The notes under the pieces are model-generated. The model did no database searches, was not told the DNA's origin, and saw only the letters and a list, made by a program, of their open reading frames with translations. From contig JBGOTT010000002.1 in assembly GCA_041476585.1 (NCBI GenBank), forward strand, positions 1-41,319: 41,319 nt of DNA, given 5' to 3'. This DNA comes from Gammaproteobacteria bacterium (GTDB lineage Bacteria; Pseudomonadota; Gammaproteobacteria; Burkholderiales; SG8-39). This document shows positions 18,282 to 27,182 of this stretch, one piece after another; the stretch's first letter is position 1; each line of letters opens with the position of its first letter. A program made the translations under genes and the position numbers.

Positions 18282-19508
18282 ATGCGCATCCTGCATATCC
18301 TCGATCACTCGATCCCGCTGCATAGCGGCTACGCCTTCCGCACGCAGGCGATCCTGAAACAGCAGCGCGCGCTGGGCTGGGAGACGTTTCATCTCACCGG
18401 CCCGAAGCAGGGGCCGGCGCCGCCGACCAACGAAGAGCAAGTGAACGGCTGGCATTTCTATCGTACACCGCCCCCCGGCGGGCTGCTGGAAGGTGTGCCG
18501 GGATTGGGGGAAATCGAGTTGATGGGTGAGATCACCTACCGGGTCGATCGCGTGGCGAAGCGCATACGGCCGCATATCCTGCACGCCCACTCCCCGGTAC
18601 TGAATGCGATTCCTGCGCTGCGCGTTGGACGGCGGCTAGGCATCCCGGTGGTCTACGAAGTCAGGGCCTCGTGGGAGGACGCGGCGGTGGACCATGGCAC
18701 CGCCAGCGCGGGGGGCTTGCGTTACCGGCTGAGCCGGGGACTGGAAACCTGGGCCCTCAGGCGCGCCGATGCGATCACGACGATCTGCGAGGGCCTGCGC
18801 GGGGACATCCTGGCCCGCGGCCGCATCCCGGCGGAGAAAGTGACGGTCATCCCGAACGCGGTGGACATCGAAGAGTTCTCCGCTGGCGGCGCGCCCGATG
18901 CCGATCTGAAGCGACAACTCGGGCTCGACGGCGCGCTGGTGCTGGGATTCATCGGATCGTTTTTCGCCTACGAGGGGCTCGCCATGCTGCTGCGCACGCT
19001 GCCGCAAATGCTGGCGCAGAACGCTTCCTTTCGCGTGTTGCTGGTTGGCGGCGGGCCGCAGGAGGCACAGCTCAAACAGTTGGTCGCGGAACTCGGCGTC
19101 GCCGACAAGGTCGTTTTCGCCGGCCGTGTCCCGCACGGCGAGGTGCGGCGCTACTACGACCTCATCGACGTGCTGGTGTATCCGCGCCTGTCGATGCGGC
19201 TCACCGAGTTGGTGACGCCATTGAAGCCGCTGGAAGCGATGGCTCAGGGGCGGCTGCTGGTCGCTTCCGACGTCGGCGGGCACCGCGAACTGATTCGTCA
19301 CGGCGAAACGGGAATCTTGTTCAAGGCGGGAGACCCGCAGGCGCTCGCGGCGGCGGTGCTCGACCTGGTGGGCCGTCCGGAGCGCTGGGCCGCGCTCAAA
19401 TCCACTGCGCGCAGCTTCATCGAGAAGGAGCGCAACTGGGCGCACAGCGTTGCGCGCTACCGCCAGGTTTATGCGACCGTGCTGCAGGCACGGGGCATTA
19501 ATCCATGA
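18282..19508 (+). CDS. GT4 glycosyltransferase, PEP-CTERM/exosortase-A-associated
   Basis: ATG at 18282 lies 2 nt after the asnB-like stop. MRILHILDHSIPLHSGYAFRT. The EX7E-like region is TPLKPLEAMAQGRLLVASDVGGHRE. Confidence 0.85.
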   Translation: MRILHILDHSIPLHSGYAFRTQAILKQQRALGWETFHLTGPKQGPAPPTNEEQVNGWHFYRTPPPGGLLEGVPGLGEIELMGEITYRVDRVAKRIRPHILHAHSPVLNAIPALRVGRRLGIPVVYEVRASWEDAAVDHGTASAGGLRYRLSRGLETWALRRADAITTICEGLRGDILARGRIPAEKVTVIPNAVDIEEFSAGGAPDADLKRQLGLDGALVLGFIGSFFAYEGLAMLLRTLPQMLAQNASFRVLLVGGGPQEAQLKQLVAELGVADKVVFAGRVPHGEVRRYYDLIDVLVYPRLSMRLTELVTPLKPLEAMAQGRLLVASDVGGHRELIRHGETGILFKAGDPQALAAAVLDLVGRPERWAALKSTARSFIEKERNWAHSVARYRQVYATVLQARGINP

Positions 19509-20749
19509 CCGAAACCTTGCCGCGCCTGGTCGTATTTACCACGCTGTTTCCAAATCCAGGCCAGCCTGGCGCCGGCCTGTTCATCCGCGAACGGATGTTC
19601 CGGATCGGTCAGCGGCTTCCGCTGACCGTGGTGGCGCCGGTGCCGTGGTTTCCGTTCCAGCATCTGATCCGCCGGTGGCGGCCGCATTTCCGTCCTCCGG
19701 CGCCGCGCGCCGAGATGCAATCGGGCTTCGAAGTGCTGCATCCGCGATTCTTTTCCGTGCCGGCGGTGTTCAAGTGCCTCGACGGCTGGTTGCTTGCGCT
19801 GTGCACGCTGCCGATGATGCTGCGGCTGAAGCGCCAAGGCAGGCTCGATCTGATCGACGCGCACTTCGCCTATCCCGACGGTTTTGCGGCCACGCTGATC
19901 GGGCGCTGGCTCGGAGTTCCGGTCGCCGTGACCCTGCGTGGAACGGAAGTGCCGATATCGCGGACCTGGGTCCGGCGGCGGATGATGATCGCCGGGCTGA
20001 AGCGAGCCACGAGAATCTTTTCCGTGGCCGATGCGCTGAAGCGCCATGTGGTCGCGATGGGGATCGCCGCCGACAATATCGTGGTGGTCGGCAACGGCGT
20101 GGACACCCGGAAATTTCAGTCCACGGACAAAGCCCAAGCGCGGCGGGACCTCGGCATCGCGACCGACGCGCAGGTGCTGATTTCGGTGGGCGGGCTGGTC
20201 GAACGCAAAGGCATGCACCGGGTGATCGAGTGCCTCCCGCTGCTCAAGAAGCGCTTTCCGCGCATCCAGTATCTCGTCGTCGGCGGTGCGAGTCCCGAGG
20301 GTAACTACGGCGCAACGCTGCAACGCCTGGCCGTGGATCTCGGGCTCCGCGACACCGTGCGGTTTCTCGGGCCCGTGGCTTCCGAAAAGCTCAAGGGCCC
20401 TTTGTCGGCGGCCGATGTCTTCGTGCTGGCGACCAGCAACGAGGGTTGGGCGAACGTCTTCCTGGAAGCGATGGCCTGCGGACTTCCCGTTGTCACCACC
20501 CTGGTCGGCGGCAACGCCGAGGTGGTGTGCAGGCCCGAGTACGGCAGATTGGTTCCTTTCGGCGTTCCGGGCGAACTGGCTGCGGCGATCGCCGATGCGC
20601 TCGACACGGACTGGGACCGGGCGCGCATCATCGAATACGCGCGGGCCAATTCATGGGACAGCCGCGTCGCGGTGCTCGAGCGCGAGTTGGTGCAGCTTGC
20701 GCGGTCGCATAGGGGCGCAGCCGCCGGTGCGGCCGCCGGCGGGGGATAG
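19505..20749 (+). CDS. GT4 glycosyltransferase
   Basis: ATGA overlap with the upstream gene. VVFTTLFPNPGQPGAGLFIRER; the C-terminal part has SNEGWANVFLEAMACGLPVVTT. Confidence 0.85.
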   Translation: MTETLPRLVVFTTLFPNPGQPGAGLFIRERMFRIGQRLPLTVVAPVPWFPFQHLIRRWRPHFRPPAPRAEMQSGFEVLHPRFFSVPAVFKCLDGWLLALCTLPMMLRLKRQGRLDLIDAHFAYPDGFAATLIGRWLGVPVAVTLRGTEVPISRTWVRRRMMIAGLKRATRIFSVADALKRHVVAMGIAADNIVVVGNGVDTRKFQSTDKAQARRDLGIATDAQVLISVGGLVERKGMHRVIECLPLLKKRFPRIQYLVVGGASPEGNYGATLQRLAVDLGLRDTVRFLGPVASEKLKGPLSAADVFVLATSNEGWANVFLEAMACGLPVVTTLVGGNAEVVCRPEYGRLVPFGVPGELAAAIADALDTDWDRARIIEYARANSWDSRVAVLERELVQLARSHRGAAAGAAAGGG

Positions 20750-20753
20750 CCCC

Positions 20754-22118
20754 GTGCACGATGCGTACACCTGCATGGTCGCGCGGCTGCTGTTTCCGCT
20801 GCACGAATGGTTGAAGGGGCACAGCACCGTGGCTGTGCGCAGGAAACTCGAGCAGTCGCAGTGGTGGGACAGCGCGCGCATCTCGGCGTTGCAGCTCGAA
20901 CGCCTGCAGCGGCTGCTGCGTCATGCCGCCGAACGGGTGCCATACTATCGCGGGCTGTTCGCGCGCATCGGCTTCGAGCCCGGAAAAGTGCAATCGCTCG
21001 CCGCGCTGCACGAACTTCCGTTCCTGACCAAAGCGATCATCCGGGACAACCTCGGGGGATTGAAGGCGCAAGGCGCGGTCCGGCTGGCGCGCTACAACAC
21101 CGGCGGTTCCAGCGGCGAGCCGCTGATCTTTTTCATCGGCAGGGATCGCGTCAGCCACGACGTCGCGGAGAAATGGCGTGCCACGCGCTGGTGGGGCGTC
21201 GATATCGGCGATCCGGAGATCGTGGTCTGGGGATCGCCGATCGAACTGGGCGCGCAGGACCGCGTGAGGGCGCTGCGCGATGCGCTGCTGCGCACCAGAC
21301 TGCTGCCCGCGTTCGAAATGTCGGAGGCCAACCTCGACCGCTTCCTCGTTGAGATCCGCGCGCGCAGACCGAGGATGCTGTTCGGTTACCCTTCGGCGCT
21401 GAGCCACATTGCGCGCCACGCGCGCGCGCGGCGCGTGCGCATGGACGATCTCGGCGTCAAGGTGGCGTTCGTCACTTCCGAGTGCCTGTACCCCGACCAG
21501 CGCAGGGACATCGCCGAAGTGTTCGGCTGTGCGGTCGCCAACGGCTACGGCGGACGCGACGCCGGTTTCATCGCGCACGAGTGCCCGCAGGGCGGCATGC
21601 ACATCAGCGCGGAGGACATCATCGTCGAGATCGTCGATGCGGGCGGGACACCGCTGCCCGCCGGCCAGGCCGGCGAGATCGTCGTCACCCATCTCGCAAC
21701 GCAGGATTTCCCGTTCATTCGCTACCGCACCGGGGACATCGGCGTAATCGATGCCGCAGGCTGTCCGTGCGGGCGCGGCCTGCCGCTGCTGAAGGAGATC
21801 CGGGGGCGCACCACCGATTTCGTGGTGGCTGCCAATGGCACGGTAATGCACGGGCTGGCGCTGGTCTATGTGCTGCGCGACATGCCCGGCATCCGCGCGT
21901 TCAAGATCGTGCAGGAAAGCCGTTCGCGCACGAGGGTGCTGATCGTGCCGGAGCCGTCGTTCACGCCCGAAGACGAGGAAAAGATCAGGCGCGATTTCCG
22001 CCAGCGGCTGGGCGACGCCACCGAGGTGGTGGTCGAGCGCCTGTTCGACATCCCGGCGGAGAAATCCGGCAAGTTCCGCTATGTGGTCAGCCACGCGTTG
22101 CCCGCGGCGAGCGCCTGA
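20754..22118 (+). CDS. CapK / phenylacetate-CoA-ligase-like adenylate-forming enzyme (ANL superfamily)
   Basis: GTG at 20754 lies 7 nt after GGGGGA; the alternative ATG is at 20775. ERVPYYRGLF, the AMP-binding-like NTGGSSGEP, and IRYRTGDIG. The track ORF start at 20286 is an out-of-context extension. Confidence 0.8.
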   Translation: MHDAYTCMVARLLFPLHEWLKGHSTVAVRRKLEQSQWWDSARISALQLERLQRLLRHAAERVPYYRGLFARIGFEPGKVQSLAALHELPFLTKAIIRDNLGGLKAQGAVRLARYNTGGSSGEPLIFFIGRDRVSHDVAEKWRATRWWGVDIGDPEIVVWGSPIELGAQDRVRALRDALLRTRLLPAFEMSEANLDRFLVEIRARRPRMLFGYPSALSHIARHARARRVRMDDLGVKVAFVTSECLYPDQRRDIAEVFGCAVANGYGGRDAGFIAHECPQGGMHISAEDIIVEIVDAGGTPLPAGQAGEIVVTHLATQDFPFIRYRTGDIGVIDAAGCPCGRGLPLLKEIRGRTTDFVVAANGTVMHGLALVYVLRDMPGIRAFKIVQESRSRTRVLIVPEPSFTPEDEEKIRRDFRQRLGDATEVVVERLFDIPAEKSGKFRYVVSHALPAASA

Positions 22119-22121
22119 TCG

Positions 22122-23567
22122 ATGGGCTCGTTCCGCAAGTCGCTGGTTCTGCAGTTCGCAGAACGCTATTCGGCGCTGGCCGTTCAGATCGTGTCGACCC
22201 TGATTCTCGCGCGGCTTTTGACACCACGCGAGATCGGCGTTTACTCGGTCGCCGCGGTGCTCGTCGGGCTCGCCCACGTCATGCGCGACTTCGGCGTCGG
22301 CCAGTACATCATGCAGGAGCGCGAGCTTACCGCAGAGCGCATCCGCACCGCGTTCGGCATTGCGATTTTGCTGGGGTGGCTGATTGCGCTGATTCTGTTC
22401 GGAGTTTCGCGATTCGCCGCGGATTTCTATCGTGAGCCCGGGGTCGGCGAGGCAATCGGTGTACTGGTTCTCAATTTTGTGCTGCTGCCGTTCACGACCG
22501 TGCAGGTCGCACTGTGGCGAAGGGACATGAACTTCGTGCAGCCCTACTACATCAAGACTGCCGGAGTGATCGTGTACGCGGTCACCGCGGTAACCCTCGC
22601 ATACGCAGGCTTCGGCTACATGAGCATGGCCTGGGCTGCGGTCGCGGGCGTAGCTACCAACGTGCTGATCGCGAGCACCTTCTGCCGTCACAGCCAGATG
22701 CAATGGCTGCCCGCATTCACGGAATTCAGGCGAGTATTTTCGATCAGCGGCATGGTGAGCGTCACGGTTGCGGCAAAGGAACTGGGGACCGCCGCGCCCG
22801 ATCTGATCATCGGGCGCATGCTCGGTTTCGCGGAAGTCGGTCTGTTCGGCCGGGCGACGGGGTTGGTCAGGATGTTCGAGCAGAACGTGAGCGCCGCGGT
22901 GTCGGGGGTGATGCTGCCGCATCTGTCAGCGGAGCATCGTCGGGGGATCCAGGTCGGAAGCATGTATCTCAGGGCAGCGAGCATGATCACCGTAGCGGCC
23001 TGGCCGTTCTTCGCGCTGCTGGGACTGATGGCCTACCCGGCGATCCGCCTGCTTTTCGGCCCGCAATGGGAAGCGGCGGCGCCGCTGCTGTCGATTCTCT
23101 GTCTGTGGGGCGCGAGCAACGCGCTGTTCTGCTTCGCGGGTTATACGCTGATCGCGGTCGGGGCGGCGCGCGCGAACATGCTGCTGGAATGCACCGTGCA
23201 GTCCGTCACTGTCGCGCTGCTGCTGGTCGGCGCCGTGTTCGGCCTGCACCAGATCGCGCTGGCCGTGACGTGCAGTTCCGCTCTGGCATTCGCCGTCTCG
23301 ACGAACGCGCTGCGGCGGCATATCGGAGTGTCGCTGAAGGATATGCTGGCCGCTACGCGGAAAAGTCTGGCGGTGACGGTGCTGAGCGGCTGCATTCCGC
23401 TCTGGGTGAGGTTGCAGATGGAGATCGGCCCGGACAGCTACGTGCTGCCGCTCGCGCTGGCCTCCGCCGGGGCCGTGGCGGGCTGGCTGCTCGGCGTGTT
23501 TGCGCTGGCCCATCCGGCGCGCGTCGAGATCCTGAATTTGCTGAAGCGAGGGCGTGGCCTTCGATGA
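22122..23567 (+). CDS. Wzx-like oligosaccharide flippase (MOP superfamily polysaccharide biosynthesis protein)
   Basis: 481 aa, hydrophobic throughout (about 12-14 predicted helices by eye). The N-terminus FAERYSALAVQIVSTLILARLLTPREIGVYS is typical of the Polysacc_synt family. Confidence 0.8.
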   Translation: MGSFRKSLVLQFAERYSALAVQIVSTLILARLLTPREIGVYSVAAVLVGLAHVMRDFGVGQYIMQERELTAERIRTAFGIAILLGWLIALILFGVSRFAADFYREPGVGEAIGVLVLNFVLLPFTTVQVALWRRDMNFVQPYYIKTAGVIVYAVTAVTLAYAGFGYMSMAWAAVAGVATNVLIASTFCRHSQMQWLPAFTEFRRVFSISGMVSVTVAAKELGTAAPDLIIGRMLGFAEVGLFGRATGLVRMFEQNVSAAVSGVMLPHLSAEHRRGIQVGSMYLRAASMITVAAWPFFALLGLMAYPAIRLLFGPQWEAAAPLLSILCLWGASNALFCFAGYTLIAVGAARANMLLECTVQSVTVALLLVGAVFGLHQIALAVTCSSALAFAVSTNALRRHIGVSLKDMLAATRKSLAVTVLSGCIPLWVRLQMEIGPDSYVLPLALASAGAVAGWLLGVFALAHPARVEILNLLKRGRGLR

Positions 23568-24484
23568 CCGACGAACCGTTCTTTCTGGTCGGATTCCAGC
23601 GCAGCGGGACCACCATGCTGCGCCTGATGCTGAACGCCCATCCGGACATCGGCATGCCGCATGACTCGGCCGAGCTGTGGTCCGGCTACCAGGCGAAACT
23701 CCCGGGCTACAACGATCTGCGCACCCCGGAGGACTCGCGAAGGATGATCGAGGACCTGCTGGCCGAGCCGCGCATCAAGGCGTGGCAGACCGAATTGCCG
23801 AAGCCGATGCTGCTGGCGCAACCGCTGCCGGACAGCTTTGCCGGCGTGATGCGGCGATTCCACGAGGCCTATCTCCACGCGCACGGCAAGCGGTACTGGG
23901 GCGACAAGAACACCGGAACACTGATCGAACTCGATCGACTCAATCGCCTGTTCCCGCAATGCAAGTTCATTCATCTGCTGAGAGACGGGCGCGATTGCGC
24001 GTTGTCGCACCTGTCCAAGGAATACATCTACGGCTACTCCAACGTGCTGCGCTGTGCGCTCGAATGGCGCGAACAGGTCACGCTATGCCGCAAGATGGGC
24101 GCGATGCTGCCCGCCGAGCGCTTCCTCGAACTGCGCTACGAAGACTTGCTGGCGGAGCCGGAGCGCTGGCTCGCGCGCATCTGCACGTTCCTCGGCGTAG
24201 CGTTTTCCCCTGCCATGCTCGAGTACTTCAAGGACGTCGGCAGCAATGTTCCGGACGAGCGGCGCAGCCTGTGGCCGATGATCGATCAGCCGCCGATGCA
24301 ATCCAACACCTACAAGTGGAAGACGAAGATGAGCCCGACCGACCGGGCGGTATTCGAGCGCATTGCCGGCGCGCTGCTGTGCGACTGCGGCTACGAAACC
24401 CTGCCGGCGCCGGTGACCGCCGGCCGCGTGCGCGAACTCTGGTATCACGTCCATGACCGCATCGCATGGCGCCTCAAACGCTGA
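23564..24484 (+). CDS. PAPS-dependent sulfotransferase
   Basis: ATGA overlap with the flippase stop. The 5'-PSB loop is FLVGFQRSGTTML and the 3'-PB motif is IHLLRDGRDCALS. No signal peptide. The track ORF start at 22514 is a spurious extension. Confidence 0.85.
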   Translation: MTDEPFFLVGFQRSGTTMLRLMLNAHPDIGMPHDSAELWSGYQAKLPGYNDLRTPEDSRRMIEDLLAEPRIKAWQTELPKPMLLAQPLPDSFAGVMRRFHEAYLHAHGKRYWGDKNTGTLIELDRLNRLFPQCKFIHLLRDGRDCALSHLSKEYIYGYSNVLRCALEWREQVTLCRKMGAMLPAERFLELRYEDLLAEPERWLARICTFLGVAFSPAMLEYFKDVGSNVPDERRSLWPMIDQPPMQSNTYKWKTKMSPTDRAVFERIAGALLCDCGYETLPAPVTAGRVRELWYHVHDRIAWRLKR

Positions 24485-24492
24485 GGTAGAAA

Positions 24493-25641
24493 ATGCTGCT
24501 GAAACGCATGTCGGTTGCGTTGCGCGATTGGTTGGGACGCGGGTTTCCGGTGTCGGATCCCGCAACGCATTTGCGCCAGACCATGCGCTGGCTGTGCCGC
24601 GCACAGGACGCGGCCGAGGGCGGCGGGGTTTCGCGCAGCTATGCGTTGCGCTGGATGCGCGCGCACCGGCGCCAGGGCTGGCTCGCCGCGTATCCGGAAA
24701 CCACGGGCTACATCATCCCGACGTTTCTCGCCTACGCCAGGCTTGTAGGCGAGAACGAGTTTCGCGCGCGGGCGTTGCGCATGGCCCAATGGGAAGCACG
24801 GGTGCAGATGGACAACGGTGCGGTGCAGGGGGGCGTGATCGGTTTTCCCCCCACTCCGGCGATTTTCAACACCGGGCAGGTGCTGTTCGGCTGGGCCGCG
24901 GCGTACAGGGAAACCGGGGAACAGGCATTTCTCGATGCGGCGCAGCGCGCGGCCGATTTTCTGACTGCGGCGCAGAACCCGGACGGCGCCTGGCGCCAGC
25001 ATGGTTCGCAGTACGCGCGCGCGGGCGTCAACGTCTACGACGCGCGCACGGCGTGGGGATTGCTCGAGGCCTCGCTGGTCACTGGCAAAGCCGTCCACCG
25101 CGATGCCGCGATACGCAACCTCGATTTCGTGCTGACCAAGCAGCAGCCCAATGGCTGGTACGCCGAGTGCTGTCTCGATGACAACCGGCGCCCGCTGTTG
25201 CATACCATCGCCTACACGATGGAAGGCCTGCTCGAAGCGGGCGCGATCCTCGATCTTGCGCGGTTCCGGGACGCCGCGCGCAAGGCCGCCGATGCGCTGT
25301 TGAAGCTGCAGCGACCGGACGGAAGCCTTGCAGGACGCTTCGATTCTGCTTGGCTGCCGGCTGCCGGCTGGAGCTGCCTGACCGGCGATGCGCAGACCGC
25401 GATCGTCTGGTTCCGGCTGGCCGAGATCACCGGCGAGGGCGCGTACGCGGACGCGGCGCGGCGCATGAACCGTTACCTCGCCGGCACCCAGGACTTGAGT
25501 TCGGGAGATCCCGGCATCCGGGGCGGTATCAAGGGTGCGCAGCCGATCTGGGCGGAATACGGCACCTACGAATACCCGAACTGGGCGGCCAAGTTCTTCG
25601 CGGATGCATTGATGCTCGAACTCGCCTGCCGGCGGCCATGA
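24493..25641 (+). CDS. alpha/alpha-toroid protein with prenyltransferase/squalene-cyclase-like repeats; function unknown
   Basis: Repeated QW-like motifs: AQNPDGAW, KQQPNGWY and LQRPDGSL. The spacing pattern is helical-repeat-like. No signal peptide. Confidence 0.5.
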   Translation: MLLKRMSVALRDWLGRGFPVSDPATHLRQTMRWLCRAQDAAEGGGVSRSYALRWMRAHRRQGWLAAYPETTGYIIPTFLAYARLVGENEFRARALRMAQWEARVQMDNGAVQGGVIGFPPTPAIFNTGQVLFGWAAAYRETGEQAFLDAAQRAADFLTAAQNPDGAWRQHGSQYARAGVNVYDARTAWGLLEASLVTGKAVHRDAAIRNLDFVLTKQQPNGWYAECCLDDNRRPLLHTIAYTMEGLLEAGAILDLARFRDAARKAADALLKLQRPDGSLAGRFDSAWLPAAGWSCLTGDAQTAIVWFRLAEITGEGAYADAARRMNRYLAGTQDLSSGDPGIRGGIKGAQPIWAEYGTYEYPNWAAKFFADALMLELACRRP

Positions 25642-25681
25642 CGTCATCGGCCGCATATCCGCGAGAGCCGGTGGACAGCAC

Positions 25682-27181
25682 GTGCTTTTCAACTCCTACG
25701 AATTCCTGCTGATCTTCCTGCCGCTGACGGCGGCAGGATTCTTCGCGCTGTCTGCAGGGGGCTATTTGCGCAGCGCCGCAACCTGGCTCGCGCTGGCCTC
25801 GATCGTCTTCTACGGTTACTGGAGTCCGAATTACGTCCTGCTTTTGCTCGCTTCGATCGGCGGCAACCTGGTTGCCGCGCGCGCCGTCCTGCGCTATCGG
25901 ACATCGCAGCGTTTTTCCACGGCGAAAAGAGCGCTTGCGCTGGCGGTGATCGCCAACCTCGGTGCACTGGGCTATTTCAAGTACGCCAACTTTTTCGTCG
26001 ACAGCCTCAACTTCGTGGCGCACACGCAGCTCACGCTGGCACACGTCGTTCTGCCGATCGGCATCTCGTTCTTTACCTTCACGCAGATCGCTTTTCTCGT
26101 CGACACTTACCAGGGCAAGGTGCAGGAATCCAGGGTCATGCCCTATGTGCTGTTCGTGACCTATTTTCCGCACCTGATCGCCGGCCCGGTCCTGCACCAC
26201 GCCGAGATGATGCCGCAGTTTGCGCGCGACGAAACCTACCGCTTCCGCCTGGACAACTTTCTCATCGGTTCCGGGTATTTTCTGATCGGCTTGTTCAAGA
26301 AGGTCGTCCTCGCCGACGGCATCCAGCCCTACGTCGGTCCGGTTTTCGAAGCCGATCCCGCCTACCCGCTGAGTGCGATGGAAGCCTGGGGCGGGGTGCT
26401 GGCGTATACGCTGCAGATCTATTTCGATTTCTCGGGATATTCCGACATGGCCATCGGCCTGGCGAAGATCTGCAACGTGGATCTGCCGCTCAACTTCAAT
26501 TCGCCCTACAAGGCAACCAGCATCACCGATTTCTGGCGGCGCTGGCACATGACACTCTCGCGCTTTCTGCGCGATTACCTTTACATCCCGCTCGGCGGCA
26601 ATCGCAAGGGAGTGTTCAGCCGCTACCTGAATCTGATGATCACGATGCTGCTGGGCGGATTGTGGCACGGGGCCGGGTGGACTTTTGTCATCTGGGGCGG
26701 ATTGCACGGTTTATATCTCGTGATCAACCACGGTTGGCAGGCGCTGCGTGTGCGCTTGCTCGGCCACGATCTGGTGCGCTCGACCCGTCTGGGTCGGGCG
26801 CTGGGGGTGCTGACGACATTTCTGTTCGTCGTGATTGCGTGGGTGTTCTTTCGCGCGACGAGCCTGGATGCGGCGCTGCGAATTCTCCATGCCATGTTCG
26901 ACCTGCAAGGGCTGCAGGAAGGATGGGCCCGGTCCGGAAAGCTCGATGCGTTTGGCGGAAATCGGCAGGTGGCGTGGATCACCGTGCTGCTGGCAATGGC
27001 CTGGGCATTGCCGAACTCGCAGACGCTGATGGGGCGTTTTCGCGAGACCGCGCGCGTTGCAAGCGAGAGGCGCGGCGAATGGGCCTGGTTCTCGCTGGGT
27101 TTCATCGTTGTGCTGTTGGGCCTGCTCGCCATCATCAACGGTTCGCGCGGCGTATCCGAATTCATTTACTTCAACTTCTGA
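25682..27181 (+). CDS. MBOAT-family membrane O-acyltransferase (AlgI/DltB-like)
   Basis: MLFNSYEFLLIFLP N-terminus. FWRRWHMTLSRFLRDYLYIPLGGNR contains the catalytic His region, followed by GGLWHGAGW. Confidence 0.9.
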   Translation: MLFNSYEFLLIFLPLTAAGFFALSAGGYLRSAATWLALASIVFYGYWSPNYVLLLLASIGGNLVAARAVLRYRTSQRFSTAKRALALAVIANLGALGYFKYANFFVDSLNFVAHTQLTLAHVVLPIGISFFTFTQIAFLVDTYQGKVQESRVMPYVLFVTYFPHLIAGPVLHHAEMMPQFARDETYRFRLDNFLIGSGYFLIGLFKKVVLADGIQPYVGPVFEADPAYPLSAMEAWGGVLAYTLQIYFDFSGYSDMAIGLAKICNVDLPLNFNSPYKATSITDFWRRWHMTLSRFLRDYLYIPLGGNRKGVFSRYLNLMITMLLGGLWHGAGWTFVIWGGLHGLYLVINHGWQALRVRLLGHDLVRSTRLGRALGVLTTFLFVVIAWVFFRATSLDAALRILHAMFDLQGLQEGWARSGKLDAFGGNRQVAWITVLLAMAWALPNSQTLMGRFRETARVASERRGEWAWFSLGFIVVLLGLLAIINGSRGVSEFIYFNF

Positions 27182-27182
27182 G

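Noticed and set aside
20628-22922. 764-aa minus-strand ORF
   Set aside because: It is antisense to the CapK-like and flippase genes. It is Arg/His/Pro-rich with no recognisable domain.
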